Below the pieces are notes generated by a model. It was not told the DNA's origin. It searched no databases and saw nothing but the letters and a program-made list of their open reading frames with translations. The translations under genes and the position numbers were made by a program. Shown in pieces: positions 21,067 to 32,600 of a stretch of 64,000 nt of DNA (its first letter is position 1; each line of letters starts with the position of its first letter). Source of the stretch: Dudresnaya verticillata. Its lineage: Eukaryota. Location: contig OZ374565.1 of assembly GCA_977862235.1 (NCBI GenBank), positions 2,604,001 through 2,668,000 on the forward strand. The letters are read 5' to 3'.

Positions 21067-22497
21067 TTCAACTTTATAACAGGTGATCATATTCTAATAT
21101 TTGTCGACGTACAATCTACTGTAGTATCACAACAAAGTTAAACCCCAACTCAAAACAACTTGCACATCTACACCTCCTGTTGGATCCCTTCCATCAGGCA
21201 CTTGACGTTGTTCTGCACCAGTCGCGCCGCGTGCCTGTGGAATAGAGCCGCTCGCGAAACACCGCGAGTTACCATGGCCCGAGAAGCCACAGTATCCGCC
21301 AACTCTTGCATGTACTTGTGCGCCTCCGGGTGCCAGCCACCTAGTGTGGTCATCGGCACCGGCACAAGTCTTGCCCCCGGTCCGGCAGCCTGGATGAAGC
21401 CACGGTAAGTCCTCACCTTGTCAGCGTGGGCGTTCTTCAGCGTCCCTTGCGGGTTTGTTATGCAGCTGAGAATGCGTTGTTCTGACGACAGTGGGTGACT
21501 GATTGTGACGTCCAGGTAGTCCGTTCCTCCTTCTGTTCCAAGCGCCTTGATGTCCGGCCGATCCAGGTGAGCCCCCACAGGGCGGGGCTCCACAATCGGG
21601 GTGCGTGTCGCACGTTTCAGATCCGAAGCCAGCAGACGAACCTGAGAGTCGTGGCGCCACGACCGAGGAGATCCGCTGTTCCGCATGCCGTTCGGACAAA
21701 TCAGCAGATGGTCGCCGTGAACATCCATCATCTTCTTGCACCCGGCCCGAGGACACTCCGTGTCGGGTTCCAGCAGTGGAATCCGACAGTAGAATCGAAG
21801 CCATACGCGGTAGTCCCGATCCGCAATGTACGTCTTCATGCCTGGTGCCGGCTGGCACTTGAGCCAGTCCTTGGCGCCCGGCGCGCCAAGGGAAGCTCGG
21901 AAAGCTTGCGTCCGCCTGTCCCCGAGCGGCAGCTCGGCTTGCACTTTCTTCAGTACCAACCGCGTCAAGTCGCTCTGGCGTGGGCACTCGTCGCTGTCGA
22001 TCTTCTCCAGGTCCAGAGCATCCTCACTATGGCACTTGGCGCTCCAGTCTTCGTGCGCTTCTACTGCAAAAGGATCGTCAGAAAGAGCAGTGTTCACAGA
22101 AGCGGGTAAGATAGAACGCAGTAAGTTGCGGGTCAGTGAAAGGGACGCCAAAAACGCGCTCGAGTTCATGTCGCCAGCTCCCGAAATACCGATTCCGAAG
22201 CTGGGCTCTTTCGTGCGCAGGGGAAGCTGAAGTTCGCGGAAGGTGTCCCTCGGTAGGACTCCCCCCACGAGCTTGCGCATGCAAGCCTCAATCTTCTGGT
22301 CGAAGAGCTCGGCGCCCTTCGCCGTGGCGGATGATGGAACTACTCGCAGCAGGTAGTTCAGCCGGCAGACTCCGGCACAGTTGCGGAGTAGAGTGATGGC
22401 CACGTGTAGGTCTTCTAGTCCCGAAATTGCGTCCAGCAGGGGCTGGATGGACTCGACATGGCCATTCACGCTCTCCTCCATGTAGTTCTGCGTTCCA
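21067..22497 (-). mobile_element. Copy D, 5'-truncated (~1.43 kb; C-terminal and endonuclease part only)
   Basis: Element sequence stops at CGTTCCA, then the TSD and the 3' part of 5S follow. Confidence 0.95.
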
Positions 22498-22541
22498 GTA
22501 CTGAGGTGAGGGATCACTCTGGAATCGCCAGTGCCGAATGT
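22497..22541 (+). pseudogene. 5S rRNA 3' part (+76..+120) including the TSD
   Basis: AGTACTGAGGTGAGGGATCAC...GCCGAATGT followed by the terminator. Confidence 0.95.
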
Positions 22542-23630
22542 TTTTATTTTTTTGCACCTCATTCCTTCCTCCCCGCCGCCCTCTGCGTACATTGCTGCCT
22601 TGCATACCTCTCCCACAGAATCCCCGACCCACTGCCTCTGTACAGCGTATTCTTTTCACTCGCACTTTTCCCCTTTTCTTGTAAGTGGGAGGGAGTCTGA
22701 GAGTGTTTGCAGGTGTCTAGGGGTTGTTTAGGGTTAGGTCTAGGGTTAGTTTGGTTACTGTGGTACGCGAGGGGCATGATATTGGGAGGGTAAAGGGTCT
22801 AGTGTTGGTGCATGGAATGAATCATGGTGGTGGAAGGAATGGATCAGTGTGGTGGATGAATTGGATTTAGGGACATAGAATTGGATTAGATTTAGTACCC
22901 AGAAGATTGGATCAAGGATCACCACAATCGGATCAAGTCTGGTGGCTGGGGTGAGGGTGGCTTGGACGTTTGTGCTCATAACTTTGGAACGGCTGGGGCT
23001 AGGGAGCTGCTCAGTAGCTGAATCGAAGCGTCTCGTTGCTGCGCATTGCGTAGCGCTCTTACCCTCCTAAATCGACTTTTTGGCGCGTTTCTATGGTGCA
23101 AAACGTCCCCACGGGCCGTCGGCAGCTTTTGAGCAGATCAAATAGGGGTTTGGGGCATGTATGGTTATGGGTGGGTTTAGGGGTGTTAGGGATGTGTCAT
23201 TTTAACGCGTTTAGGAGTGTAGGGAGTGGGAATGAAAGTAGTAAGGATGAGGAAATGGAAAGGGAAGGATGAGAAAGTATAGTACAATGCAGTAATACAA
23301 ATCACGGAATGCATCAGGTTGGGATCCAATAAGGGTGGATGGATTGGATCAACGGAAGTCAAGGCGTTATAGGATTGGATCTAGGGGCTCTGTAAATTAG
23401 ATTGGGTGCTGGTTTCATTGAACCAAGGGGTCAGAACGTCCATGAGCTGGTTGACTGTATTTATATTGAATCCTGCGTTTAGAGTAAATGGTATACGGTT
23501 ATGGGTCATTACTTTAATGCTCCACGTGTACACTACAGTCGGATGGACATTGGACGCAGGAGTCTTTAGTCGATGACGGGGAGTGCAGTTGATGGCGCAT
23601 TTAAATAGGGGTACGGCGGGAACAGCAAGC

Positions 23631-23750
23631 ACATTCGGCCATACTACGCAGACATGCTCCGTATCCCATCCCGAACTGCGAAGATAAGTCTCGTCAGGCT
23701 GGTTTAGTACTGAGGTGAGGGATCACTCTGGAATCGCCAGTGCCGAATGT
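23631..23750 (+). rRNA. 5S rRNA: 5S rRNA (intact)
   Basis: Same sequence as 9067-9186. Confidence 0.97.
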
Positions 23751-24839
23751 TTTTATTTTTTTGCACCTCATTCCTTCCTCCCCGCCGCCCTCTGCGTACA
23801 TTGCTGCCTTGCATACCTCTCCCACAGAATCCCCGACCCACTGCCTCTGTACAGCGTATTCTTTTCACTCGCACTTTTCCCCTTTTCTTGTAAGTGGGAG
23901 GGAGTCTGAGAGTGTTTGCAGGTGTCTAGGGGTTGTTTAGGGTTAGGTCTAGGGTTAGTTTGGTTACTGTGGTACGCGAGGGGCATGATATTGGGAGGGT
24001 AAAGGGTCTAGTGTTGGTGCATGGAATGAATCATGGTGGTGGAAGGAATGGATCAGTGTGGTGGATGAATTGGATTTAGGGACATAGAATTGGATTAGAT
24101 TTAGTACCCAGAAGATTGGATCAAGGATCACCACAATCGGATCAAGTCTGGTGGCTGGGGTGAGGGTGGCTTGGACGTTTGTGCTCATAACTTTGGAACG
24201 GCTGGGGCTAGGGAGCTGCTCAGTAGCTGAATCGAAGCGTCTCGTTGCTGCGCATTGCGTAGCGCTCTTACCCTCCTAAATCGACTTTTTGGCGCGTTTC
24301 TATGGTGCAAAACGTCCCCACGGGCCGTCGGCAGCTTTTGAGCAGATCAAATAGGGGTTTGGGGCATGTATGGTTATGGGTGGGTTTAGGGGTGTTAGGG
24401 ATGTGTCATTTTAACGCGTTTAGGAGTGTAGGGAGTGGGAATGAAAGTAGTAAGGATGAGGAAATGGAAAGGGAAGGATGAGAAAGTATAGTACAATGCA
24501 GTAATACAAATCACGGAATGCATCAGGTTGGGATCCAATAAGGGTGGATGGATTGGATCAACGGAAGTCAAGGCGTTATAGGATTGGATCTAGGGGCTCT
24601 GTAAATTAGATTGGGTGCTGGTTTCATTGAACCAAGGGGTCAGAACGTCCATGAGCTGGTTGACTGTATTTATATTGAATCCTGCGTTTAGAGTAAATGG
24701 TATACGGTTATGGGTCATTACTTTAATGCTCCACGTGTACACTACAGTCGGATGGACATTGGACGCAGGAGTCTTTAGTCGATGACGGGGAGTGCAGTTG
24801 ATGGCGCATTTAAATAGGGGTACGGCGGGAACAGCAAGC

Positions 24840-24928
24840 ACATTCGGCCATACTACGCAGACATGCTCCGTATCCCATCCCGAACTGCGAAGATAAGTCT
24901 CGTCAGGCTGGTTTAGTACTGAGGTGAG
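24840..24928 (+). pseudogene. 5S rRNA 5' part (+1..+89), interrupted by 8 tandem copies E-L
   Basis: Same breakpoint GTGAG|TTCAAC. Confidence 0.95.
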
Positions 24929-27900
24929 TTCAACTTTATAACAGGTGACCATATTCTAATATTTGTCGACGTACAATCTACTGTAGTATCACAACAAAGT
25001 TAAACCCCAACTCAAAACAACCTGCACATCTACACCTCCTGTTGGATCCCTTCCATCAGGCACTTGACGTTGTTCTGCACCAGTCGCGCCGCGTGCCTGT
25101 GGAACAGAGCCGCTCGCGAAACACCGCGAGTTACCATGGCCCGAGAAGCCACGGTATCCGCCAACTCTTGCATATACTTGTGCGCCTCCGGGTGCCAGCC
25201 ACCTAGTGTGGTCATCGGCACCGGCACAAGCCTTGCCCCCGGTCCGGCAGCCTGGATGAAGCCACGATAAGTCCGCACCTTGTCAGCGTGGGCGTTCTTC
25301 AGCGTCCCTTGCGGGTTTGTTATGCAGCTGAGAATGCGTTGTTCTGACGACAGTGGATGACTGATTGTGACGTCCAGGTAGTCCGTTCCTCCTTCTGTTC
25401 CAAGCGCCTTGATGTCCGGCCGATCCAAGTGAGCCCCCACAGGGCGGGGCTCCACAATCGGGGTGCGTGTCGCACGTTTCAGATCCGAAGCCAGCAGACG
25501 AACCTGAGAGTCGTGGCGCCACGACCGAGGAGATCCGCTGTTCCGCATGCCGTTCGGACAAATCAGCAGATGGTCGCCGTGAACATCCATCATCTTCTTG
25601 CACCCGGCCCGAGGACACTCCGTGTCGGGTTCCAGCAGTGGAATCCGACAGTAGAATCGAAGCCATACGCGGTAGTCCCGATCCGCAATGTACGTCTTCA
25701 TGCCTGGTGCCGGCTGGCACTTGAGCCAGTCCTTGGCGCCCGGCACGCCAAGGGAAGCTCGGAAAGCTTGCGTCCGCCTGTCCCCGAGCGGCAGCTCGGC
25801 TTGCACTTTCTTCAGAACCAACCGCGTCAAGTCCCGCTGGCGCGGGCACTCGTCGCTGTCGATCTTCTCCAGGTCCAGGGCATCCTCACTATGGCACTTG
25901 GCGCTCCAGTCTTCGTGCGCTTCTACTGCAAAAGGATCGTCAGAAAGAGCAGTGTTCACAGAAGCGGGTAAGATAGAACGCAGTAAGTTGCGGGTCAGTG
26001 AAAGGGACGCCAAAAACGCGCTCGAGTTCATGTCGCCAGCTCCCGAAATACCGATTCCGAAGCTGGGCTCTTTCGTGCGCAGGGGAAGCTGAAGTTCGCG
26101 GAAGGTGTCCCTCGGTAGGACTCCTCCCACGAGCTTGCGCATGCAAGCCTCAATCTTCTGGTCGAAGAGCTCGGCGCCCTTTGCCGTGGCGGATGATGGA
26201 ACTACTCGCAGCAGGTAGTTCAGCCGGCAGACTCCGGCACAGTTGCGGAGTAGAGTGATGGCCACGTGTAGGTCTTCTAGTCCCGAAATTGCGTCCAGCA
26301 GGGGCTGGATGGACTCGACATGGCCATTCACGCTCTCCTCCATGTAGTTCTGCGTTCCAATCGGAGCCTGAAGTACTGTAGTGCCTTCTCCGTAGCTCTG
26401 CCCAAGATCCGACGGGTAGGCAGCGCAGTCTTCTGGGTCGGGTGCAGTAGGCCACCAAACAGTACACTTGTCCATGCGCAGGTGGAAGCCATAGCCCTTA
26501 GCTTCCTCGGAGTCAAAGAAGGACAGAACCTTCCTGAGTACGGCGTGTTTCGCCACGATGACGCCGTCGTCCAGGTAGAACAGTGACAGCAGCAAGTTGT
26601 TCGCCCCCTCCGCTTGCTGATTGCGGCCCGAGCGCCGCAGGTCGGCGGTGAGTTCCTTCAACTGTTTGATCAGTGCCTGCAGCACCAAAGCAAACAGTAA
26701 CGGCCCGAGCGGGTCACCTTGCTGTACACCAGTGACACTCCGCAGTAGAGTGTCACCCATCCACAGGTGCGGGCCCTCAGAGTCATAACAGTATCTGACC
26801 CACGGTAGTAGTTCAGGCATATGTCGGCGGACCTCCTTCATGAATGCTTTGCGGCTGACAAGGTTGAAGGCATTCTTCAAGTCCACTTGTAGCAACCCGT
26901 AGGACTTGTCATGGCCGTGAGACTTCTGCAGCTTCCGGACCGCGTGTACAATGGCTTCTGTGCCGCCCGAGGTTGCGACCCCGAGCTGAAGCGGTTCGAG
27001 GTATGCCTTGGCCTTGGGAGCGACTCTGGTCATGAGCATAGAGCTCACGAGTCGTCGGATTGTCTCTCCTACAGCAATGGGGCGGACACCGCCGGTGCGC
27101 TTCTTCAGAGCCGTGAGAGGAGCGCTGGCAATCCAAGGCGACAGCTCCGCAGGTCCTGCGCCGCTGGCCAGCACGTTGACCATTTTGGTGAGCCCGCCAA
27201 GCAGGCCCGTGTGCTCGTGAGTGGTCGGGACTGAGAGCAGTTCCTGCAGATGCGTCGGTGATAGTCCTGTTCCCCCCGAGGCCGAAGCCCGGGGGAACTT
27301 GGCCACTGCTTTTCGTACTTCGTCGGCTGTGAAAGGCACGAAGTCAGGCATGGTCGGCAGCGGTTCGGACTGGTCAAGCTCGTGGTCCGCGTCGGTTTGC
27401 GGTACGGACTGCGGGTGCTTGTCCTTCATGGACTGTATCACAGAGTCTGTGGCTGGGGCGATTCCATCAGAGTCTAGAGCTGCTGCTGCCTTACTGTAGG
27501 CGCCCTCCTTTGCAAGGCGAAGGGCTCGTGAGGCATTGATACGGCGTTGCTCTTCTGCGGAAGGCGCAGTCTGCTCACGGAATGTCGAGCCCTTCAAGGC
27601 CTCCTGCCATAGGGCGTCGTAATCCTTGAGTCCCCAGCGTCGGATTCGATCGCGGAAGGTGCCGATCGAGGACGCAGAGGTTGACGCGCTGGCCCTTGCA
27701 CTCGCGGCGGGAGGATTGGACAAGACGGCTGCTGGAAAAAGCAGGAATGCAGTGAGCTCTTTGGTGGCTTCCTGAGAGTTGGTTGCGTTCGTAAAAGCCC
27801 ATACCGTCTTGGACAGTGCGTCGCGCACCTCGGCGCGGACGCGAGACGGTATATGTGTGACCATAGGGATATGCGAGCGACAGATGTCTTCGACCGCCGG

Positions 27901-29582
27901 CAGAAGCTGCCCTCCTGGACCCCGCGCAACGGGTGGGGTTTGCGCAGTTGGTACCTCTCGAGTAGCAGGTACCGGTGCAGGAGGCGGCTCCTGGCTGTCC
28001 GGGATTCGTCGCGGGGCTGGCAGGATATCGTCCGCTGGCTCGCCGTCCTCGGGTTGCGTCTCCGTGACCGCGTCCAGAGCAGGAGACTGTGATGGCGCGG
28101 CTACAGTTTCTTCACGGCTCGGTGTCGTCAATTGGTTGGACGGGACGTGGGAGAACGCCGGAGTGCGAGTAGCGGGACATGCGCTGCAATTCTTGTACCG
28201 CATACTGTACATGCCTTCACTGTTCATGCGGGAGCTACAGTGGGTGGGCATGTACTTGTTGTGAGTCACACAGTACCATACTCCATAGTCCAGGAGCTGC
28301 TGCTTGAGAGGCTCGATGTCGGTCCTCGTCGGTGGTCCTCGCCTGCCAGGAACATGCATCTTCCGCAGGTGCATGAGTAGCGCTTCTACAGTAGGCAGTG
28401 AGGACGACTGGCAGCCCAGAGGACAGCTGGTACTGTTTGTCGGGCGGTGTTTTGCCGAAGGCATAAAGCATGGAGAGAGCCATACCTTCGGCATGTCGGG
28501 GTGCTGCTGACCAATCATGGTTACAGCGCTGGGTAAGGTACCTGTAAAGGTCCTCTACAGTAGGTTCCCACGGGGCACAGACCTCCTAACCGGGACGCAA
28601 GCCTGTCGTCCGTCGTCAGTCTGTTCGGGACACCTCCAGAGGGTGCTACAGGTGGCCTTGCTGCGAGATGAGGGCCTCTTCGCAGCGTAGGGCGCGAGAT
28701 CGCGCACTTTGCGCACGAGCTCGCGCAAAAGGGCGCGCGTGTTAGCGTTCGTGCGCGCAGAGTTATCGGACGTTCCCTTCCCTGCCGCAGCTGAGAAGAC
28801 TCTCTTCACTGCGGTCCTGTAACGCGCGGTACTTCTCGTTTGCACAAGCTCTCAATGGGGTCGCAGAACCACCGTTTACCTGTGAGTGCCCACAGGATTT
28901 TTGGCCTCCCCCGAAGGTTCGCTGGCAGGACGTTCGCTCGATCTTAGAAGGGGTGGTTTCAAAACAGGATCCACCAGGCTTAAGCCACGTTACCCCAACT
29001 TCGACGTTGCTTGGCACGTTTCTGCGATGAGCTTGTGGGTCACGAGCCGCCTACCACTCAAGGTCGAGGGTCTTTGGCGATTCCCACACTTGTAGGTCTC
29101 TCGGCACTTCCCGAAGGAAGATTTTACAGGACAAGCCTGGCCTTTACCAATCTGTCAGTTGAAGGGTGTGAAACCCCTCTGTCGACAGTCCACGGCAGCC
29201 TAGACAGAGTCTAGGCTGTGCCGGGTACAAGCAAAACGCGTACAGGGCCAGGGAAAGAAAGATAAGTCAGTGGGGCCCGGGCAAATTTCAAGGTGAGGGA
29301 TCACCTTAAAAGTAAGCGCAAAATAGGAAACGCGTGACCGTCGGCGACGACGGCGGCGGCGACGGCGGCGACGACGACGGCGTCGCGGCGCAGATCGGCG
29401 GCGCGGAAAGAGACAAAAGTAGACCGCGCTCGCCCGCCCGCGAAGGTGAAGGGCTGAAAAACCCCGCACCGACGCGCCGTCGCGCGCTCGAACAGGCGGC
29501 ACCGCCGCCGAAAAGATCGGTGCAGAACTTGCTGAGAAATCTCCGAAACAAAAAATTCGGCAGATCGCGAGGGGTTCTCCGG
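24929..29582 (-). mobile_element. Copy E, full length with the longest 5' end
   Basis: Ends ...AGATCGCGAGGGGTTCTCCGG, then a complex target-derived junction (29583-29612). Confidence 0.96.
25030..28518 (-). CDS. 1162-aa RT/RLE protein, copy E
   Basis: Intact ORF. Confidence 0.96.
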   Translation of the reverse strand: MIGQQHPDMPKVWLSPCFMPSAKHRPTNSTSCPLGCQSSSLPTVEALLMHLRKMHVPGRRGPPTRTDIEPLKQQLLDYGVWYCVTHNKYMPTHCSSRMNSEGMYSMRYKNCSACPATRTPAFSHVPSNQLTTPSREETVAAPSQSPALDAVTETQPEDGEPADDILPAPRRIPDSQEPPPAPVPATREVPTAQTPPVARGPGGQLLPAVEDICRSHIPMVTHIPSRVRAEVRDALSKTVWAFTNATNSQEATKELTAFLLFPAAVLSNPPAASARASASTSASSIGTFRDRIRRWGLKDYDALWQEALKGSTFREQTAPSAEEQRRINASRALRLAKEGAYSKAAAALDSDGIAPATDSVIQSMKDKHPQSVPQTDADHELDQSEPLPTMPDFVPFTADEVRKAVAKFPRASASGGTGLSPTHLQELLSVPTTHEHTGLLGGLTKMVNVLASGAGPAELSPWIASAPLTALKKRTGGVRPIAVGETIRRLVSSMLMTRVAPKAKAYLEPLQLGVATSGGTEAIVHAVRKLQKSHGHDKSYGLLQVDLKNAFNLVSRKAFMKEVRRHMPELLPWVRYCYDSEGPHLWMGDTLLRSVTGVQQGDPLGPLLFALVLQALIKQLKELTADLRRSGRNQQAEGANNLLLSLFYLDDGVIVAKHAVLRKVLSFFDSEEAKGYGFHLRMDKCTVWWPTAPDPEDCAAYPSDLGQSYGEGTTVLQAPIGTQNYMEESVNGHVESIQPLLDAISGLEDLHVAITLLRNCAGVCRLNYLLRVVPSSATAKGAELFDQKIEACMRKLVGGVLPRDTFRELQLPLRTKEPSFGIGISGAGDMNSSAFLASLSLTRNLLRSILPASVNTALSDDPFAVEAHEDWSAKCHSEDALDLEKIDSDECPRQRDLTRLVLKKVQAELPLGDRRTQAFRASLGVPGAKDWLKCQPAPGMKTYIADRDYRVWLRFYCRIPLLEPDTECPRAGCKKMMDVHGDHLLICPNGMRNSGSPRSWRHDSQVRLLASDLKRATRTPIVEPRPVGAHLDRPDIKALGTEGGTDYLDVTISHPLSSEQRILSCITNPQGTLKNAHADKVRTYRGFIQAAGPGARLVPVPMTTLGGWHPEAHKYMQELADTVASRAMVTRGVSRAALFHRHAARLVQNNVKCLMEGIQQEV

Positions 29583-29612
29583 GTACTGAGGTGAGGACTG
29601 AGGTCAGGTGAG

Positions 29613-32600
29613 TTCAACTTTATAACAGGTGACCATATTCTAATATTTGTCGACGTACAATCTACTGTAGTATCACAACAAAGTTAAACCCCAACTCAAA
29701 ACAACCTGCACATCTACACCTCCTGTTGGATCCCTTCCATCAGGCACTTGACGTTGTTCTGCACCAGTCGCGCCGCGTGCCTGTGGAACAGAGCCGCTCG
29801 CGAAACACCGCGAGTTACCATGGCCCGAGAAGCCACGGTATCCGCCAACTCTTGCATATACTTGTGCGCCTCCGGGTGCCAGCCACCTAGTGTGGTCATC
29901 GGCACCGGCACAAGCCTTGCCCCCGGTCCGGCAGCCTGGATGAAGCCACGGTAAGTCCGCACCTTGTCAGCGTGGGCGTTCTTCAGCGTCCCTTGCGGGT
30001 TTGTTATGCAGCTGAGAATGCGTTGTTCTGACGACAGTGGATGACTGATTGTGACGTCCAGGTAGTCCGTTCCTCCTTCTGTTCCAAGCGCCTTGATGTC
30101 CGGCCGATCCAAGTGAGCCCCCACAGGGCGGGGCTCCACAATCGGGGTGCGTGTCGCACGTTTCAGATCCGAAGCCAGCAGACGAACCTGAGAGTCGTGG
30201 CGCCACGACCGAGGAGATCCGCTGTTCCGCATGCCGTTCGGACAAATCAGCAGATGGTCGCCGTGAACATCCATCATCTTCTTGCACCCGGCCCGAGGAC
30301 ACTCCGTGTCGGGTTCCAGCAGTGGAATCCGACAGTAGAATCGAAGCCATACGCGGTAGTCCCGATCCGCAATGTACGTCTTCATGCCTGGTGCCGGCTG
30401 GCACTTGAGCCAGTCCTTGGCGCCCGGCACGCCAAGGGAAGCTCGGAAAGCTTGCGTCCGCCTGTCCCCGAGCGGCAGCTCGGCTTGCACTTTCTTCAGA
30501 ACCAACCGCGTCAAGTCCCGCTGGCGCGGGCACTCGTCGCTGTCGATCTTCTCCAGGTCCAGGGCATCCTCACTATGGCACTTGGCGCTCCAGTCTTCGT
30601 GCGCTTCTACTGCAAAAGGATCGTCAGAAAGAGCAGTGTTCACAGAAGCGGGTAAGATAGAACGCAGTAAGTTGCGGGTCAGTGAAAGGGACGCCAAAAA
30701 CGCGCTCGAGTTCATGTCGCCAGCTCCCGAAATACCGATTCCGAAGCTGGGCTCTTTCGTGCGCAGGGGAAGCTGAAGTTCGCGGAAGGTGTCCCTCGGT
30801 AGGACTCCTCCCACGAGCTTGCGCATGCAAGCCTCAATCTTCTGGTCGAAGAGCTCGGCGCCCTTTGCCGTGGCGGATGATGGAACTACTCGCAGCAGGT
30901 AGTTCAGCCGGCAGACTCCGGCACAGTTGCGGAGTAGAGTGATGGCCACGTGTAGGTCTTCTAGTCCCGAAATTGCGTCCAGCAGGGGCTGGATGGACTC
31001 GACATGGCCATTCACGCTCTCCTCCATGTAGTTCTGCGTTCCAATCGGAGCCTGAAGTACTGTAGTGCCTTCTCCGTAGCTCTGCCCAAGATCCGACGGG
31101 TAGGCAGCGCAGTCTTCTGGGTCGGGTGCAGTAGGCCACCAAACAGTACACTTGTCCATGCGCAGGTGGAAGCCATAGCCCTTAGCTTCCTCGGAGTCAA
31201 AGAAGGACAGAACCTTCCTGAGTACGGCGTGTTTCGCCACGATGACGCCGTCGTCCAGGTAGAACAGTGACAGCAGCAAGTTGTTCGCCCCCTCCGCTTG
31301 CTGATTGCGGCCCGAGCGCCGCAGGTCGGCGGTGAGTTCCTTCAACTGTTTGATCAGTGCCTGCAGCACCAAAGCAAACAGTAACGGCCCGAGCGGGTCA
31401 CCTTGCTGTACACCAGTGACACTCCGCAGTAGAGTGTCACCCATCCACAGGTGCGGGCCCTCAGAGTCATAACAGTATCTGACCCACGGTAGTAGTTCAG
31501 GCATATGTCGGCGGACCTCCTTCATGAATGCTTTGCGGCTGACAAGGTTGAAGGCATTCTTCAAGTCCACTTGTAGCAACCCGTAGGACTTGTCATGGCC
31601 GTGAGACTTCTGCAGCTTCCGGACCGCGTGTACAATGGCTTCTGTGCCGCCCGAGGTTGCGACCCCGAGCTGAAGCGGTTCGAGGTATGCCTTGGCCTTG
31701 GGAGCGACTCTGGTCATGAGCATAGAGCTCACGAGTCGTCGGATTGTCTCTCCTACAGCAATGGGGCGGACACCGCCGGTGCGCTTCTTCAGAGCCGTGA
31801 GAGGAGCGCTGGCAATCCAAGGCGACAGCTCCGCAGGTCCTGCGCCGCTGGCCAGCACGTTGACCATTTTGGTGAGCCCGCCAAGCAGGCCCGTGTGCTC
31901 GTGAGTGGTCGGGACTGAGAGCAGTTCCTGCAGATGCGTCGGTGATAGTCCTGTTCCCCCCGAGGCCGAAGCCCGGGGGAACTTGGCCACTGCTTTTCGT
32001 ACTTCGTCGGCTGTGAAAGGCACGAAGTCAGGCATGGTCGGCAGCGGTTCGGACTGGTCAAGCTCGTGGTCCGCGTCGGTTTGCGGTACGGACTGCGGGT
32101 GCTTGTCCTTCATGGACTGTATCACAGAGTCTGTGGCTGGGGCGATTCCATCAGAGTCTAGAGCTGCTGCTGCCTTACTGTAGGCGCCCTCCTTTGCAAG
32201 GCGAAGGGCTCGTGAGGCATTGATACGGCGTTGCTCTTCTGCGGAAGGCGCAGTCTGCTCACGGAATGTCGAGCCCTTCAAGGCCTCCTGCCATAGGGCG
32301 TCGTAATCCTTGAGTCCCCAGCGTCGGATTCGATCGCGGAAGGTGCCGATCGAGGACGCAGAGGTTGACGCGCTGGCCCTTGCACTCGCGGCGGGAGGAT
32401 TGGACAAGACGGCTGCTGGAAAAAGCAGGAATGCAGTGAGCTCTTTGGTGGCTTCCTGAGAGTTGGTTGCGTTCGTAAAAGCCCATACCGTCTTGGACAG
32501 TGCGTCGCGCACCTCGGCGCGGACGCGAGACGGTATATGTGTGACCATAGGGATATGCGAGCGACAGATGTCTTCGACCGCCGGCAGAAGCTGCCCTCCT

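Noticed and set aside
21168..22616. 482-aa (and 279-aa at 57599-58438) ORFs fusing antisense spacer/5S sequence to the endonuclease domain
   Set aside because: Chance in-frame products of 5' truncation junctions; no evidence of expression.
28555..28845. 96-aa upstream ORF in frame with the main ORF, separated by one TAG (possible ORF1 or read-through)
   Set aside because: A 2-bp indel in the A/C subfamily breaks the frame and the start is not a real ATG; not supportable without ribosome profiling.
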